64,000 nt of DNA, from NCBI GenBank assembly GCA_902802355.1, contig CADCLU010000011.1, forward strand, positions 313 through 64,312, written 5' to 3'. This document shows positions 17,114-26,495 of this stretch, piece by piece. The notes beneath the pieces are model-generated. The model was given only the letters and a program-made list of their open reading frames with translations, did not search any database and had not been told where the DNA came from. Positions within the stretch are counted from its first letter, which is position 1. Each line of letters begins with the position of its first letter. This DNA is from an uncultured Erysipelotrichaceae bacterium. Lineage in GTDB: Bacteria; Bacillota_I; Bacilli_A; RFN20; CAG-826. A program made the position numbers and the translations under genes.

Positions 17114-17465
17114 GAAAAAGTTAGTCATGTTTAACTCTTGTCCATTCAATCATTAAAAAGGGCATTCATGAACTTCGGCCAAAACAAAATGTAAAAATCG
17201 AAAAATGAGGACGTTTTTGCAAGGGATTTTTGACTATTTTGTTTTTCGTTGGGCGGGTTATAAGGATTTTTGAGCCACTGCTTCTCAATCCGATTTTCGG
17301 TGTTCGCTTTGGATAGCAAAACTTTTTGTACTGTGTCTAATATCCACGTTTTTGAATTGTAAAGATTGCTAGAAAAATCTATAGCCGGACCCCTCTCTTT
17401 TCGAAATCGTATTTTTTCTCTTCCCAAAACCAGTTTCAATTAAGTCCCCTCGTTCGGAGACAGTT

Positions 17466-18707
17466 ATGGAAAAGGTCATTGCGATTATCGACTTGAAAAG
17501 TTTTTACGCCTCTTGTGAGTGCGCTTGCCGACACCTCGATATTTTCACCACGCCTCTTGTCTGCGTTGATCCGTATCGCAGCGAAAACAGCGTCGTCATG
17601 AGCGTCACCCCTTTCCTAAAGGAAAAATATGGCTGCAGCAACGTCTGTAGAAAGAAAGAACTACCTGATGTGCCAGGCATGATCTATGCCGTTCCTCGCA
17701 TGTCTTATTACCTCACGATGTCATGCAAAGTCGTCTCAATATTCCTCGATTTCGTCTCCGAAGAAGATCTCCATGTCTACTCGGTCGATGAATCCTTCCT
17801 CAACATTGGTCCGTATCTCAAGATGTACAACTGCACCGCTGAAGAACTCGTAGGAAGAATCCAGAAAGCCATCAAAGAAAAACTCGGACTCCTCGCTACA
17901 GCTGGCATCGGCCCAAATATGTTCTTAGCAAAAGCAGCCTTAGACAACGAAGGCAAAAAGAGAGCCCCTTATATCGCCCGCTGGGACTACGAAGATGTCC
18001 CAACGAAGCTTTGGAGCATCGAACCGATCACCAAGGTCTGGAGTATCAGCACCGGAACCTCAAACCATTTGGCGAGGGTCGGAATCAGATCACTCAAGGA
18101 ACTCGCCCTTGCTCCGCTTGACCTTTTGAAGAAGGAATTCGGCATCATGGGAGAGCAGCTAAAAGACCTCGCAAACGGCATCGACGAAAGCGACATCCAA
18201 AACAAATATGTCCCGCAAAACACGTCTCTTTCATGTGGACAGACCCTGATTCGCGGGTATTTTCCTGACGAAGCCCTACTGCTTCTACGAGAGATGAATG
18301 ATGACTTATCAGGAAGACTAAGAGCTCAGAACTCTTTAGCAGGAAAGGTCTCCTTGTACGTCGGATATGAGAACGGGACATCTTATGGAAAGAGTTGGAC
18401 CTTGCCATACAAGACGGACGATACCGACACCTTGTATGAGGCGATTGAGGATATGTTCCTCGCTGGGGCGGACAACATCAGAATCAGAGGCCTGAACATC
18501 TCATACGGCTCACTCGGAGAAGGCGACTCAGTTCAGCTCTCTTTGTTTGAGAGCCAGGAGGATCAGATCGAACGTTCAAGACTGAACGACGCACTCGACT
18601 CCATCCACAGGATGTTTGGCGACAATAGCGTACTTAGAGCAAGCGCCTTGCTAGAGAGGAGCACGGCCATGAGAAGAAACGAACAGATAGGAGGACATAG
18701 AAGATGA
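17466..18707 (+). CDS. Y-family (UmuC/ImpB/UvrX-like) translesion DNA polymerase
   Basis: IDLKSFYASCE and SVDESFL catalytic motifs. 413 aa. Confidence 0.9.
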   Translation: MEKVIAIIDLKSFYASCECACRHLDIFTTPLVCVDPYRSENSVVMSVTPFLKEKYGCSNVCRKKELPDVPGMIYAVPRMSYYLTMSCKVVSIFLDFVSEEDLHVYSVDESFLNIGPYLKMYNCTAEELVGRIQKAIKEKLGLLATAGIGPNMFLAKAALDNEGKKRAPYIARWDYEDVPTKLWSIEPITKVWSISTGTSNHLARVGIRSLKELALAPLDLLKKEFGIMGEQLKDLANGIDESDIQNKYVPQNTSLSCGQTLIRGYFPDEALLLLREMNDDLSGRLRAQNSLAGKVSLYVGYENGTSYGKSWTLPYKTDDTDTLYEAIEDMFLAGADNIRIRGLNISYGSLGEGDSVQLSLFESQEDQIERSRLNDALDSIHRMFGDNSVLRASALLERSTAMRRNEQIGGHRR

Positions 18708-19018
18708 ACAAAGACAGAGGCATGAAGAAATGGGCACCATACAAATCCCTTGATTCCCAAGCGGATTTCCTCATGAAGATGGCTTACGAAAAAGGCAAGA
18801 AGGCAAAGCCTTTGCTCATGGAAGATGAGATGCAGAGAATCGATGGCATCCTCGCCTCTTACCATGGCCAAAACATCGAAGTGTCCTACTACGACGATGG
18901 ATACATCCATAAGCTCAAAGGCACCATCTCAAAGATCAGCAAAGCGTTCATGTTCCTCATGGTAGGAGAGACAAGAATCGACTTCAGAAGCCTTGTTGAT
19001 CTAAGGGAGAACGGATAG
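18704..19018 (+). CDS. YolD-like accessory protein
   Basis: 104 aa, ...KWAPYKSL...IEVSYYDDGYIHKLKGTI... ATGA-coupled to the polymerase gene, as in yqjW-yqzH and uvrX-yolD pairs. Confidence 0.75.
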   Translation: MNKDRGMKKWAPYKSLDSQADFLMKMAYEKGKKAKPLLMEDEMQRIDGILASYHGQNIEVSYYDDGYIHKLKGTISKISKAFMFLMVGETRIDFRSLVDLRENG

Positions 19019-19168
19019 CTTTCCAACAAAAACAAACCCCTCCCTATTTATAGGGTGAATCCACCTTTCGGATTTGGAATATCTACAGAGCCCCCTTAGC
19101 GTGGATATTCCTCTTTTGTTTCTAAACCGGCATTTTGAGTTTAAAATGCTCGTAGAGCAGGAGTACGT

Positions 19169-19744
19169 ATGGCTATTGATGAGCAAAAGCTTGAGAAAGC
19201 GATAGCCGCCCTTCAAAAGGGCGACAGCAATGCTCTAGGCGACATCTATGTCCTTACGAGCAAAGGTATATTTACCTTTGTTTTACCTATTCTCCACGAT
19301 TATCAGATTGCCGAAGACGTCATGCAGCAGACCTATATCAGCTGCTACGACAACATACAGTCCTACCGTTTGGGAACAAGCGCTAGGAATTGGCTTTTGA
19401 CGATTGCCAAGAACGCCGCCTTAAGCGAACTCAAAAAGAGAAACCGCGAAGTCTCTTACGATTTCTCACAAGAGCCATCCGCTAACGGCGTCTATTTCCT
19501 TGGCGACATCGAATCGCCAACCATCGAGATCGCCAACAAGGTTTTGGCGGAAGACGAATTCAACATCCTCATGCTTTATGCCATCGGCGACTACAAGCAC
19601 CGCGAAATCGCCGATATCCTTCACCTTCCTTTAGGAACCGTCACCTGGAAATACTCCATGGCCCTAAAGAAAGTCAAAAAGGCTCTCGAAGAGTCGAAAA
19701 CGGAATATGAAAGAGAACACGAACTTGGTTACGAAAACGCCTGA
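19169..19744 (+). CDS. ECF-type sigma-70 family RNA polymerase sigma factor
   Basis: 191 aa. Region 2 (..DVMQQTYISCYDNIQSY..) and the region 4 HTH (REIADILHLPLGTVTWKYSMALKKV). Confidence 0.85.
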   Translation: MAIDEQKLEKAIAALQKGDSNALGDIYVLTSKGIFTFVLPILHDYQIAEDVMQQTYISCYDNIQSYRLGTSARNWLLTIAKNAALSELKKRNREVSYDFSQEPSANGVYFLGDIESPTIEIANKVLAEDEFNILMLYAIGDYKHREIADILHLPLGTVTWKYSMALKKVKKALEESKTEYEREHELGYENA

Positions 19745-21287
19745 GGAACTTTCTCCAGTAGAAGAGAAGGAACTTCTTTCCTTGATCAAGGCTGAGGCCT
19801 CTTCTTTCGTTCCGGACAAACTCTGCAGCATCCTTGAAGCCTGTGGCATCGAAAGCGGAGTCAGCGAAGAAGACGAAGCCTTTGTGCTTGGCCTTATGAA
19901 GACCAACGTCTTCGTTCCAAATGACAAGGAAGCGTTGAACAAAGCCACCGGTGCATTCGCTCCAAAAGCCGGCAAAGAAGAGCAGGCTTTGGCCCGTCGC
20001 GTGAGACGCGAGGCAAACGCTTTCGTTCCGGACAAAAAACGCGAAATCTATAGCGAAACTGGCTTAAAAGAGCATTTCTCCTTTGCGAGATTCATGAAAA
20101 AAGGCTGGCCTTTCCTTAGTGGCGCCGCCCTTGCTGTCGCCGGTATCGCCATCGGCACAAGAGTCTATGTGAAGGATCAGGAAAACATCAAATCCACCAC
20201 TTCATACATCAACGTCGCAATCACCCCATCAACCTGTGAAGGTCCTGCTTATGCAAGAGACGACACCGCATCTAAGACGAACAATTACAGACCATCCTGG
20301 GGTATGACCGCGGACAACAATAACCTCGTCAAGCAAGTAAGCGCGAATAACTACAGCGCCAACCTCATCGCCGTTAAGAGCGACGACCTTCTTGAGAAGT
20401 CCGCTTACCACGCCGTTGCCGACCTCATTAATCCTTGCTTCGAAAAAGGATATCTCGAAGCGGTCGACAAGACCTCCCCTAACACCATCACCATCGACAT
20501 CGTTTCCACGATGGATAACTATGGCGATGTCTATGAGGATCATTTCAAAGACGCTCTCGAATCAGCCCTTCAGAAAGACAGGGTTTACGCCAACGTTCAG
20601 TTCAACGTCTACCATATTGGTAGTCTCGTCAAAACCGACACCATTAAGATGGGCAAGATTTCCAAGATCTACACCACCTTCAACCGTGAGATAGACGTCG
20701 AAACGATTGCAGATGGCGATGAGAATATCCTCGACAACCTTGATGCAACCATCAACGCCACCGCTCTCGCCCGCCTTTCCGAAGCTGGCTTAGAGCAATT
20801 GACCAAAGGCCTCAAGGAAACCTATCTCAGCTACTTAGGCATTAAGCCTATCACCTCAAACATCTCCGAATACGAATTCAACGCCAGGAAAAACGACCTC
20901 GCCAATATGGCATGGTGCTTGAGACGGTATTTCGGAACCGATGATTACGACAAGCTTTCTAGTGCCTTATCTCGTGATGACGGTGCCATCTATGTTTCCG
21001 ATCTCAACGTCTTCATGATTGATGAGAATCCGATGCTCAAAGACAACTACAGAGAAGTTCGTAACTACATCCTTGCTAAGGCAACCTCGAGCAAAGAAAA
21101 CTACATCCGCTTCCTCGAGGATTTGGCCAGGCACGCCAAGTCAGCTCAGAAGTCGACTGGTTACTTCCCAGATGCCAGCAAGGCCGACCCAGGTGTTTGG
21201 TCACATGGCGAAGGCTGGTGCGAAGACGACTGGGGCCCAGGAGGATGGGCACCTGGCGGATGGGGTCCAGGAGATTGGCATTTCTAG
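19707..21287 (+). CDS. Putative anti-sigma factor: single-pass membrane protein with triplicated FVP(D/N)K motif, about 370-aa extracytoplasmic domain and Trp/Gly/Pro-rich tail
   Basis: It overlaps the sigma gene by 38 nt. TM segment WPFLSGAALAVAGIAIGTRVY (about 20103-20165). No family recognised. Confidence 0.55.
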   Translation: MKENTNLVTKTPEELSPVEEKELLSLIKAEASSFVPDKLCSILEACGIESGVSEEDEAFVLGLMKTNVFVPNDKEALNKATGAFAPKAGKEEQALARRVRREANAFVPDKKREIYSETGLKEHFSFARFMKKGWPFLSGAALAVAGIAIGTRVYVKDQENIKSTTSYINVAITPSTCEGPAYARDDTASKTNNYRPSWGMTADNNNLVKQVSANNYSANLIAVKSDDLLEKSAYHAVADLINPCFEKGYLEAVDKTSPNTITIDIVSTMDNYGDVYEDHFKDALESALQKDRVYANVQFNVYHIGSLVKTDTIKMGKISKIYTTFNREIDVETIADGDENILDNLDATINATALARLSEAGLEQLTKGLKETYLSYLGIKPITSNISEYEFNARKNDLANMAWCLRRYFGTDDYDKLSSALSRDDGAIYVSDLNVFMIDENPMLKDNYREVRNYILAKATSSKENYIRFLEDLARHAKSAQKSTGYFPDASKADPGVWSHGEGWCEDDWGPGGWAPGGWGPGDWHF

Positions 21288-21310
21288 GCAAGTGTTTACT
21301 TGCCTTTTTC
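21286..21310 (+). terminator. Intrinsic terminator of the sigma/anti-sigma operon
   Basis: GGCAAGT-gttt-ACTTGCC followed by TTTTT. Confidence 0.7.
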
Positions 21311-21365
21311 TTTTAATATCACCGGGAACTCATTAAAATGAGAAAGGCTATTAAGGAGGATTCAT

Positions 21366-22142
21366 ATGAACGAAGCAAAGAAACCTTTGAACATGAAGAA
21401 GGGTGGACTTATTTGGTCTATCTGGAACTTTATCGAAGCCGCACTTTTATTGACGATGGGCATCCTTGTCATCGCCAATTGCACCAACACAGACATCCAA
21501 TCGAGTGTCTTCATCATCATCTCGATCTTCCTTATGGTCGGTGGCCTTCTTAAGATCGTCGCCAACTTCTTGCCTGTCATCGGCACCTCCCCTCTTGAGG
21601 TCGCTGCCAAACAAGCCATCCGCTCACAGCTCTCTTATGACCTTGTCATCGGCGGAACCATTGAACTCGCCATCGGCGTTGCCCTTTGCATTTCGATGAC
21701 GAGTGGCGACCCTGCTGCCATCATCAACGTCATCATGAACTTCGTCGTCTGGCTCGTCAGCGTTCTCCTTATGGCGGCCGGCGTTTCTCTTATCGCCTTT
21801 GCTATCGGATTCATTGTCAGCAAGCTTTACAAGCTTTATATGCCTGTCATTGAGATCATCCTTGGCGCCCTCCTTATCGGCGCTGGCGTGACCGTCATCA
21901 TCCTATTCACCAATAACAGCGATATCGTCATGAGCATCATGCTCGTCATCGTCGGCCTTGCCCTTGCGGTCGCTGCAGTATTCAAGATCATCTCCGTCGT
22001 CAAGGCCATCATCAAAGCCAAAGAAGAGAAAGAGCCTGACGAGAACGTGTTCGACACTGAGGTTTCCGAAGCCAAAGCAGAAGAACCAGCAGAGGAAAGC
22101 GAAAGCACCGAAGTCGTCATCGTTAGCGAAGAAAACGAATAA
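21366..22142 (+). CDS. Polytopic membrane protein (HdeD/DUF308-like repeats) with acidic C-terminal tail
   Basis: 258 aa, about 6 TM segments with a repeated G..L...G pattern. The C-terminus is KEEKEPDENVFDTEVSEAKAEEPAEESEST. AAGGAGGA SD. Confidence 0.6.
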   Translation: MNEAKKPLNMKKGGLIWSIWNFIEAALLLTMGILVIANCTNTDIQSSVFIIISIFLMVGGLLKIVANFLPVIGTSPLEVAAKQAIRSQLSYDLVIGGTIELAIGVALCISMTSGDPAAIINVIMNFVVWLVSVLLMAAGVSLIAFAIGFIVSKLYKLYMPVIEIILGALLIGAGVTVIILFTNNSDIVMSIMLVIVGLALAVAAVFKIISVVKAIIKAKEEKEPDENVFDTEVSEAKAEEPAEESESTEVVIVSEENE

Positions 22143-22153
22143 TCTTACGAAAC

Positions 22154-22185
22154 AAAAAAGAGGCTGGGGTTCAGCCTCTTTTCTT
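22154..22185. terminator. Bidirectional intrinsic terminator between convergent genes
   Basis: A6-GAGGCTG-gggtt-CAGCCTC-TTTT. Confidence 0.75.
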
Positions 22186-22194
22186 TTCCTTTAT

Positions 22195-22986
22195 TTATTG
22201 CTTCTTGGCTTCCATTAAGTTCTTAAGGAGAGCGAGTCTCGTAAGGAGTCCGACTCCTCCAGGAACTGGAGTCTGTTTGGCGATTGGGAGGTTTGGCTCA
22301 GCGTCGCCATGGAGATGTCCGTCTTCGCCTTTGTTGATGCCGACGTCCACTAACCAAGCGGTTGGTTTGAGCTCATAGGTGTGGTCGATGAAGGCCTCTT
22401 TGCCAATAGCGACGACAATGAGATCAGCGTTCTTGAGATACATGCGTCTGTCTTCTTCTTTGGTCTTCGAATGAAGGACAGTGACGTTGCAGTTCTTGTT
22501 GAGGAGAAGCCTTGCCATAGGTTTGCCAACAATGTCACTTCTACCTAAAACCACCGCGTTTTTGCCAGTGAAATCGAATCCATCAGCGGCTAAATAATCA
22601 ACGATTCCTTTTGGGGTGCAGCAGATGTATTTGGAGCCAAGGACGAAGCCATCGACGTCTTTCTCAGGGGCGATGGTTTCATTAATGTGCTTCTCGCTGA
22701 TGTGCTTTGGGACAGGAAGCTGAACGAGGATGCCGGTGATTGATGGATCGGCGTTTTGCTTTCTGATGAGGGAAAGGACTTCCTCCTCAGTGACATCTTC
22801 CTCGAATTGGGTCTGGATAGCGGTGATGCCCACTTCAGCGGAATCTTTCTTCTTTCCGCGAACATAGGACTCGCTGGCTGGGTTATGGCCAACCGTGATT
22901 ATTGAGAGAACAGGTGCCTCAGACATTGAAGCGACTTCGGCTTTGATTCTTTCCTTTTCTTGAAGGACGTATTCTTTGATTTCCAT
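22195..22986 (-). CDS. folD: Bifunctional methylenetetrahydrofolate dehydrogenase/cyclohydrolase
   Basis: ...SYVRGKKK...GILVQLPVP...DVDGF...GRSDIVGKP...PGGVG... I prefer the start at ATG 22986, because the 23025 ATG sits inside the secG terminator. Confidence 0.92.
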   Translation of the reverse strand: MEIKEYVLQEKERIKAEVASMSEAPVLSIITVGHNPASESYVRGKKKDSAEVGITAIQTQFEEDVTEEEVLSLIRKQNADPSITGILVQLPVPKHISEKHINETIAPEKDVDGFVLGSKYICCTPKGIVDYLAADGFDFTGKNAVVLGRSDIVGKPMARLLLNKNCNVTVLHSKTKEEDRRMYLKNADLIVVAIGKEAFIDHTYELKPTAWLVDVGINKGEDGHLHGDAEPNLPIAKQTPVPGGVGLLTRLALLKNLMEAKKQ

Positions 22987-23026
22987 AGTTAATTTTAATC
23001 TAACACTCGAGGGGTTTAATTTCATT

Positions 23027-23052
23027 AAAAAAGGCCAGATTCTTATCTGGCC
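23027..23052 (-). terminator. Intrinsic terminator of secG
   Basis: GGCCAGAT-N4-ATCTGGCC followed by T6 on the minus strand. Confidence 0.75.
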
Positions 23053-23072
23053 TATCGATTATTCTTTATCGA

Positions 23073-23369
23073 TTATTTGAGGAGCTTGGCGAATGTGACA
23101 AGCTCGGCGGTTGTGGCGTTGTCGCCACCGCTTTCGCCCTGGGCATTGAGGATCATGATGAGAAGGGCTAAGAAGAGGAAGAGAACGGCGAATCCAAAGG
23201 TAAGCCAAGTAATGACTTTCTCGGAACCACGTTCCTTGGTCTTGACGAAGACGTTGAGTCCGCCGCCGGTGATGGCACCGGAAGCACCTTCTGACTTACC
23301 GCCTTGGAGCAAGCTCAAAATGATCAATATAAGAGCGACGATGATAAATAAGATGTCATACCACTTCAT
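23073..23369 (-). CDS. secG: Preprotein translocase subunit SecG
   Basis: 98 aa with two TM segments. ...LLQGGKSEGASGAITGG... is the SecG signature region. Confidence 0.8.
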   Translation of the reverse strand: MKWYDILFIIVALILIILSLLQGGKSEGASGAITGGGLNVFVKTKERGSEKVITWLTFGFAVLFLFLALLIMILNAQGESGGDNATTAELVTFAKLLK

Positions 23370-23464
23370 AATACGAATAACTCCGAACGCTAAATGCGCT
23401 AGATAACTTTAGTATAGTTATGTCTTTTTCGCAATCAAAGATTCACTATGCAATAGTGCTCCCT

Positions 23465-25456
23465 TTACTTTCCTAGATTCGCTTTTGTCTCGAGAATGAT
23501 GTCGCGAATCTCCGCCGCTCTTTCGAAATCGTAATTCTTTGCGGCCTCTTTCATGGCTTTCTCGAGAGTCTTTAAGCGCTTCTCAATCTCAGTCCTCGAC
23601 ATCTTGCCAGCCATCTTGACGATATCGTCTTCTTCTTTGTCGCTGTTGCTAAGAGGAGGTCTGATTTCTTTGATGATGGTCGTTGGAACGATGCCATATT
23701 CATCGTTGTAGGCTTTTTGGATGCTTCTACGACGGTTGGTCTCGTCGATGCACTCTTTCATTGAGCGGGTGATGGTGTCCGCATACATGATGACTTTGCC
23801 ATGCGCGTTTCTTGCGGCGCGACCAGTGATCTGAATGAGGGAGGTCGTTGAACGGAGGAAGCCTTCTTTGTCCGCATCGAGGATGCAGATCAAGGAGACC
23901 TCTGGGATATCAAGGCCTTCTCTAAGAAGGTTGATGCCGACAAGGACATCATATTTGCCTTTTCTTAACTGATAAATAATCTCAGTTCTCTCTAAGGTCT
24001 TGGTCTCGTTTTGGAGATATGTGACTTTGATGCCTTCGTTTTTGAGATAGGCGGTTAGATCCTCTGCCATCTTGATAGTGAGGGTGACGATCATAACCCT
24101 CTCGTTCTTCTCAATGCGGTCTTTGATTTCCGCCATGATGTCATCGATCTGGCCAAGAGGTTTCCTGACTTCGATCTCTGGGTCAAGAAGACCAGTTGGA
24201 CGGATGATCTGCTCAGCGACATCGTGGTCGCAGAGATTGAGTTCGTAGTCGCCTGGGGTCGCGGAGGTACATACCACTGCATCAGGCATGAGTCCTTCAA
24301 ACTCTTCGAAATTCAAAGGACGGTTATCGAGGGCGCTTGGCAAACGGAAGCCATATTCCACAAGGGTCTCCTTGCGGGATCTGTCTCCATTGAACATGCC
24401 TTTGACCTGCGGGAAGCTGACGTGGGACTCGTCAACCAAAAGAAGATAGTCTTTCGGGAAATAGTCCATCAAGCAGAATGGCCTTTGGCCAGGCTTACGT
24501 TTATCGATGTGTCTAGAATAGTTCTCAATGCCAGGGCAACGACCGAATTCCTTAAGGGATTCCATGTCTTGTCTTGTTCTCATCTCAAGGCGCTCCGCTT
24601 CAAGGAGTTTTCCTTCGGAACGGAAGTATTTGAGACGGTCCTCAAGCTCTTCGGAGATGGTGACGCAGGCTTCTTCGATTCTCTTTCTCGTCGAAGCGTG
24701 GTCATAGGCTGGGTAGATAGGGAATGTGAGATAGCTCTTATGGACTTCTCCGCTTAGCTTATCGACTTCGCAGATCTTCTCAACGTCATCTCCGAAACAG
24801 TCGATGCGGATATAGTAGTCGGATGTGTACATCGGGCAGATGTCGATGATGTCGCCGTGGACTCTGAAGTTGCCTGGGGCAAGATCGAAGTTGTTTCTGC
24901 TGTATTGGGCCTCAACGAGTTTGTCAAAGAAGCGTTTTCTGTCGAGGGTTTCACCAACGCGGACTTCGAAAACAAGGCCACGATATTCCTCTGGGTCGGT
25001 TAAGCCATAGATGGCGGCAACCGAAGCGACGACGATCGTGTCACGACGTTCGATGATGGAGTTGACTGCGCTCGTTCTCATCATCTCAATCTCGTCGTTC
25101 ATCATCGCGTCTTTGGCGATGTATGTGTCGGTCTTTGGGATATAGGCCTCAGGCTGATAGAAGTCGAAGTTCGAAACGAAATACTCGACTCTGTTGTGAG
25201 GGAAGAGTTCTTTGAACTCTCCATAGAGCTGAGAGGCTAATGTTTTGTTATGGACAAGAACCAATGTTGGCCTATTTAAAGCGGCGATGATGTTCGCGTC
25301 GGTGAAGGTCTTACCAGTTCCAGTCGCGCCTAAAACGACCTGGACTTTTTTGCCTTCTTCAACGCCTTTAAGAATCTTGGCTATAGCAGCAGGCTGATCG
25401 CCCGTAGGTTTATAAGGAGAAACTAATTCGAAACGATGGGTATCATCAATTGCCAT
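23465..25456 (-). CDS. uvrB: Excinuclease ABC subunit B
   Basis: 663 aa. GATGTGKTFT Walker A, helicase motifs and a C-terminal UVR domain (...FERAAEIRD). Confidence 0.97.
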   Translation of the reverse strand: MAIDDTHRFELVSPYKPTGDQPAAIAKILKGVEEGKKVQVVLGATGTGKTFTDANIIAALNRPTLVLVHNKTLASQLYGEFKELFPHNRVEYFVSNFDFYQPEAYIPKTDTYIAKDAMMNDEIEMMRTSAVNSIIERRDTIVVASVAAIYGLTDPEEYRGLVFEVRVGETLDRKRFFDKLVEAQYSRNNFDLAPGNFRVHGDIIDICPMYTSDYYIRIDCFGDDVEKICEVDKLSGEVHKSYLTFPIYPAYDHASTRKRIEEACVTISEELEDRLKYFRSEGKLLEAERLEMRTRQDMESLKEFGRCPGIENYSRHIDKRKPGQRPFCLMDYFPKDYLLLVDESHVSFPQVKGMFNGDRSRKETLVEYGFRLPSALDNRPLNFEEFEGLMPDAVVCTSATPGDYELNLCDHDVAEQIIRPTGLLDPEIEVRKPLGQIDDIMAEIKDRIEKNERVMIVTLTIKMAEDLTAYLKNEGIKVTYLQNETKTLERTEIIYQLRKGKYDVLVGINLLREGLDIPEVSLICILDADKEGFLRSTTSLIQITGRAARNAHGKVIMYADTITRSMKECIDETNRRRSIQKAYNDEYGIVPTTIIKEIRPPLSNSDKEEDDIVKMAGKMSRTEIEKRLKTLEKAMKEAAKNYDFERAAEIRDIILETKANLGK

Positions 25457-26495
25457 CGGGCTTTTCCTCTACTTCAGCAGGGTTTTGCTGGGAATTTTCT
25501 TTTTTCGCGTCGTTCAAAAGCTTCTTCTTTTTATGTCTAACGTAGAACGGCTCGAAGCCTTCGCCGTTGATGGTTTTCGCTTTGGTGAAGGAGACGAACG
25601 CCTTTGGATCGATGGAAGCAATGAACTCCCTGATCTTGGTTGTCTCTTCCTGGTAGATAACGGCTCTTACGAGTTTGCGATCTTCACCGGTGTAGCCACC
25701 AACCGTATCGAACATCGTGGTTGAGTGATCCATCTCGTCGATAACGTATCTGTTAATCTCTTCGTATTTCTCACTGATGATGTCGCAGATGACGAACTGA
25801 GACGCATCGACATATAAGAAGCGGATGGACAGCGAGCAAACGATAGCGCAAAGAATGCCAATGCAGGATAAGACAAAATTGTTAGGAACGTTAAGTCTGA
25901 TGAGGGCACCAAGAACAATCAAAGCGACGTCGATGATAAGACTCGATGCACTTTCTTTGATTTCGCTATATCTCGCGATGATGGCGGAAACGATATTGAA
26001 ACCGCCAGTAGAGCCATTGCCATGGTAAGCAAGAGCGATGCCAGCGCCACAGAGGAATCCGCCGAACGTAGCAGCGAAAAGAAGAGGTCCAATAGCCTCA
26101 GGCCCTTCGAGAAGCGAAGCTTCATAGATATGTGTCATTCCGAACAGCTCTCCCAAATTCAAACGGTAGATAAGGGAGAAGGTCGCCGGATAGACGATCA
26201 TGGCGATGAGGGTGTGAATTGAGAATTTCTTTCCCAAAACGACAAGGCCAAGGACCCAAAGAAGGACCTGACAAGCAGCGACAACGATATCTGTGCATTC
26301 AAATCCAGTAGCGTTATAGACGAAGAAGTTCACGATGATACCGACGGAGGAAACACCACCAGAGATGATGTTGCATGGGGCGATGAACAAAGCGTCGCCG
26401 AAAGCCATCATGATGCAACCTAAAATAACGAGAAGGACGTTGCCCACTTCACTAAGAATCTTGCGTTGTTGTGGTGGAATTACTAACTGGCTCAT
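25446..26495 (-). CDS. YitT family membrane protein (DUF2179 C-terminal domain)
   Basis: 349 aa. A 5-6 TM N-terminal half is followed by a soluble domain ...MFDTVGGYTGEDRKLV... Confidence 0.75.
   Translation of the reverse strand: MSQLVIPPQQRKILSEVGNVLLVILGCIMMAFGDALFIAPCNIISGGVSSVGIIVNFFVYNATGFECTDIVVAACQVLLWVLGLVVLGKKFSIHTLIAMIVYPATFSLIYRLNLGELFGMTHIYEASLLEGPEAIGPLLFAATFGGFLCGAGIALAYHGNGSTGGFNIVSAIIARYSEIKESASSLIIDVALIVLGALIRLNVPNNFVLSCIGILCAIVCSLSIRFLYVDASQFVICDIISEKYEEINRYVIDEMDHSTTMFDTVGGYTGEDRKLVRAVIYQEETTKIREFIASIDPKAFVSFTKAKTINGEGFEPFYVRHKKKKLLNDAKKENSQQNPAEVEEKPDGN

Noticed and set aside
17146-17465. A 97-codon minus-strand ORF (17146-17439), and a possible LexA/Cheo SOS box upstream of the Y-family polymerase.
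   Set aside because: The ORF has a non-ATG start and no SD, its composition differs from neighbouring genes, and it would run into the feo promoter. I found no GAAC-N4-GTTC-type box by eye, only an isolated CGTTCG half-site.
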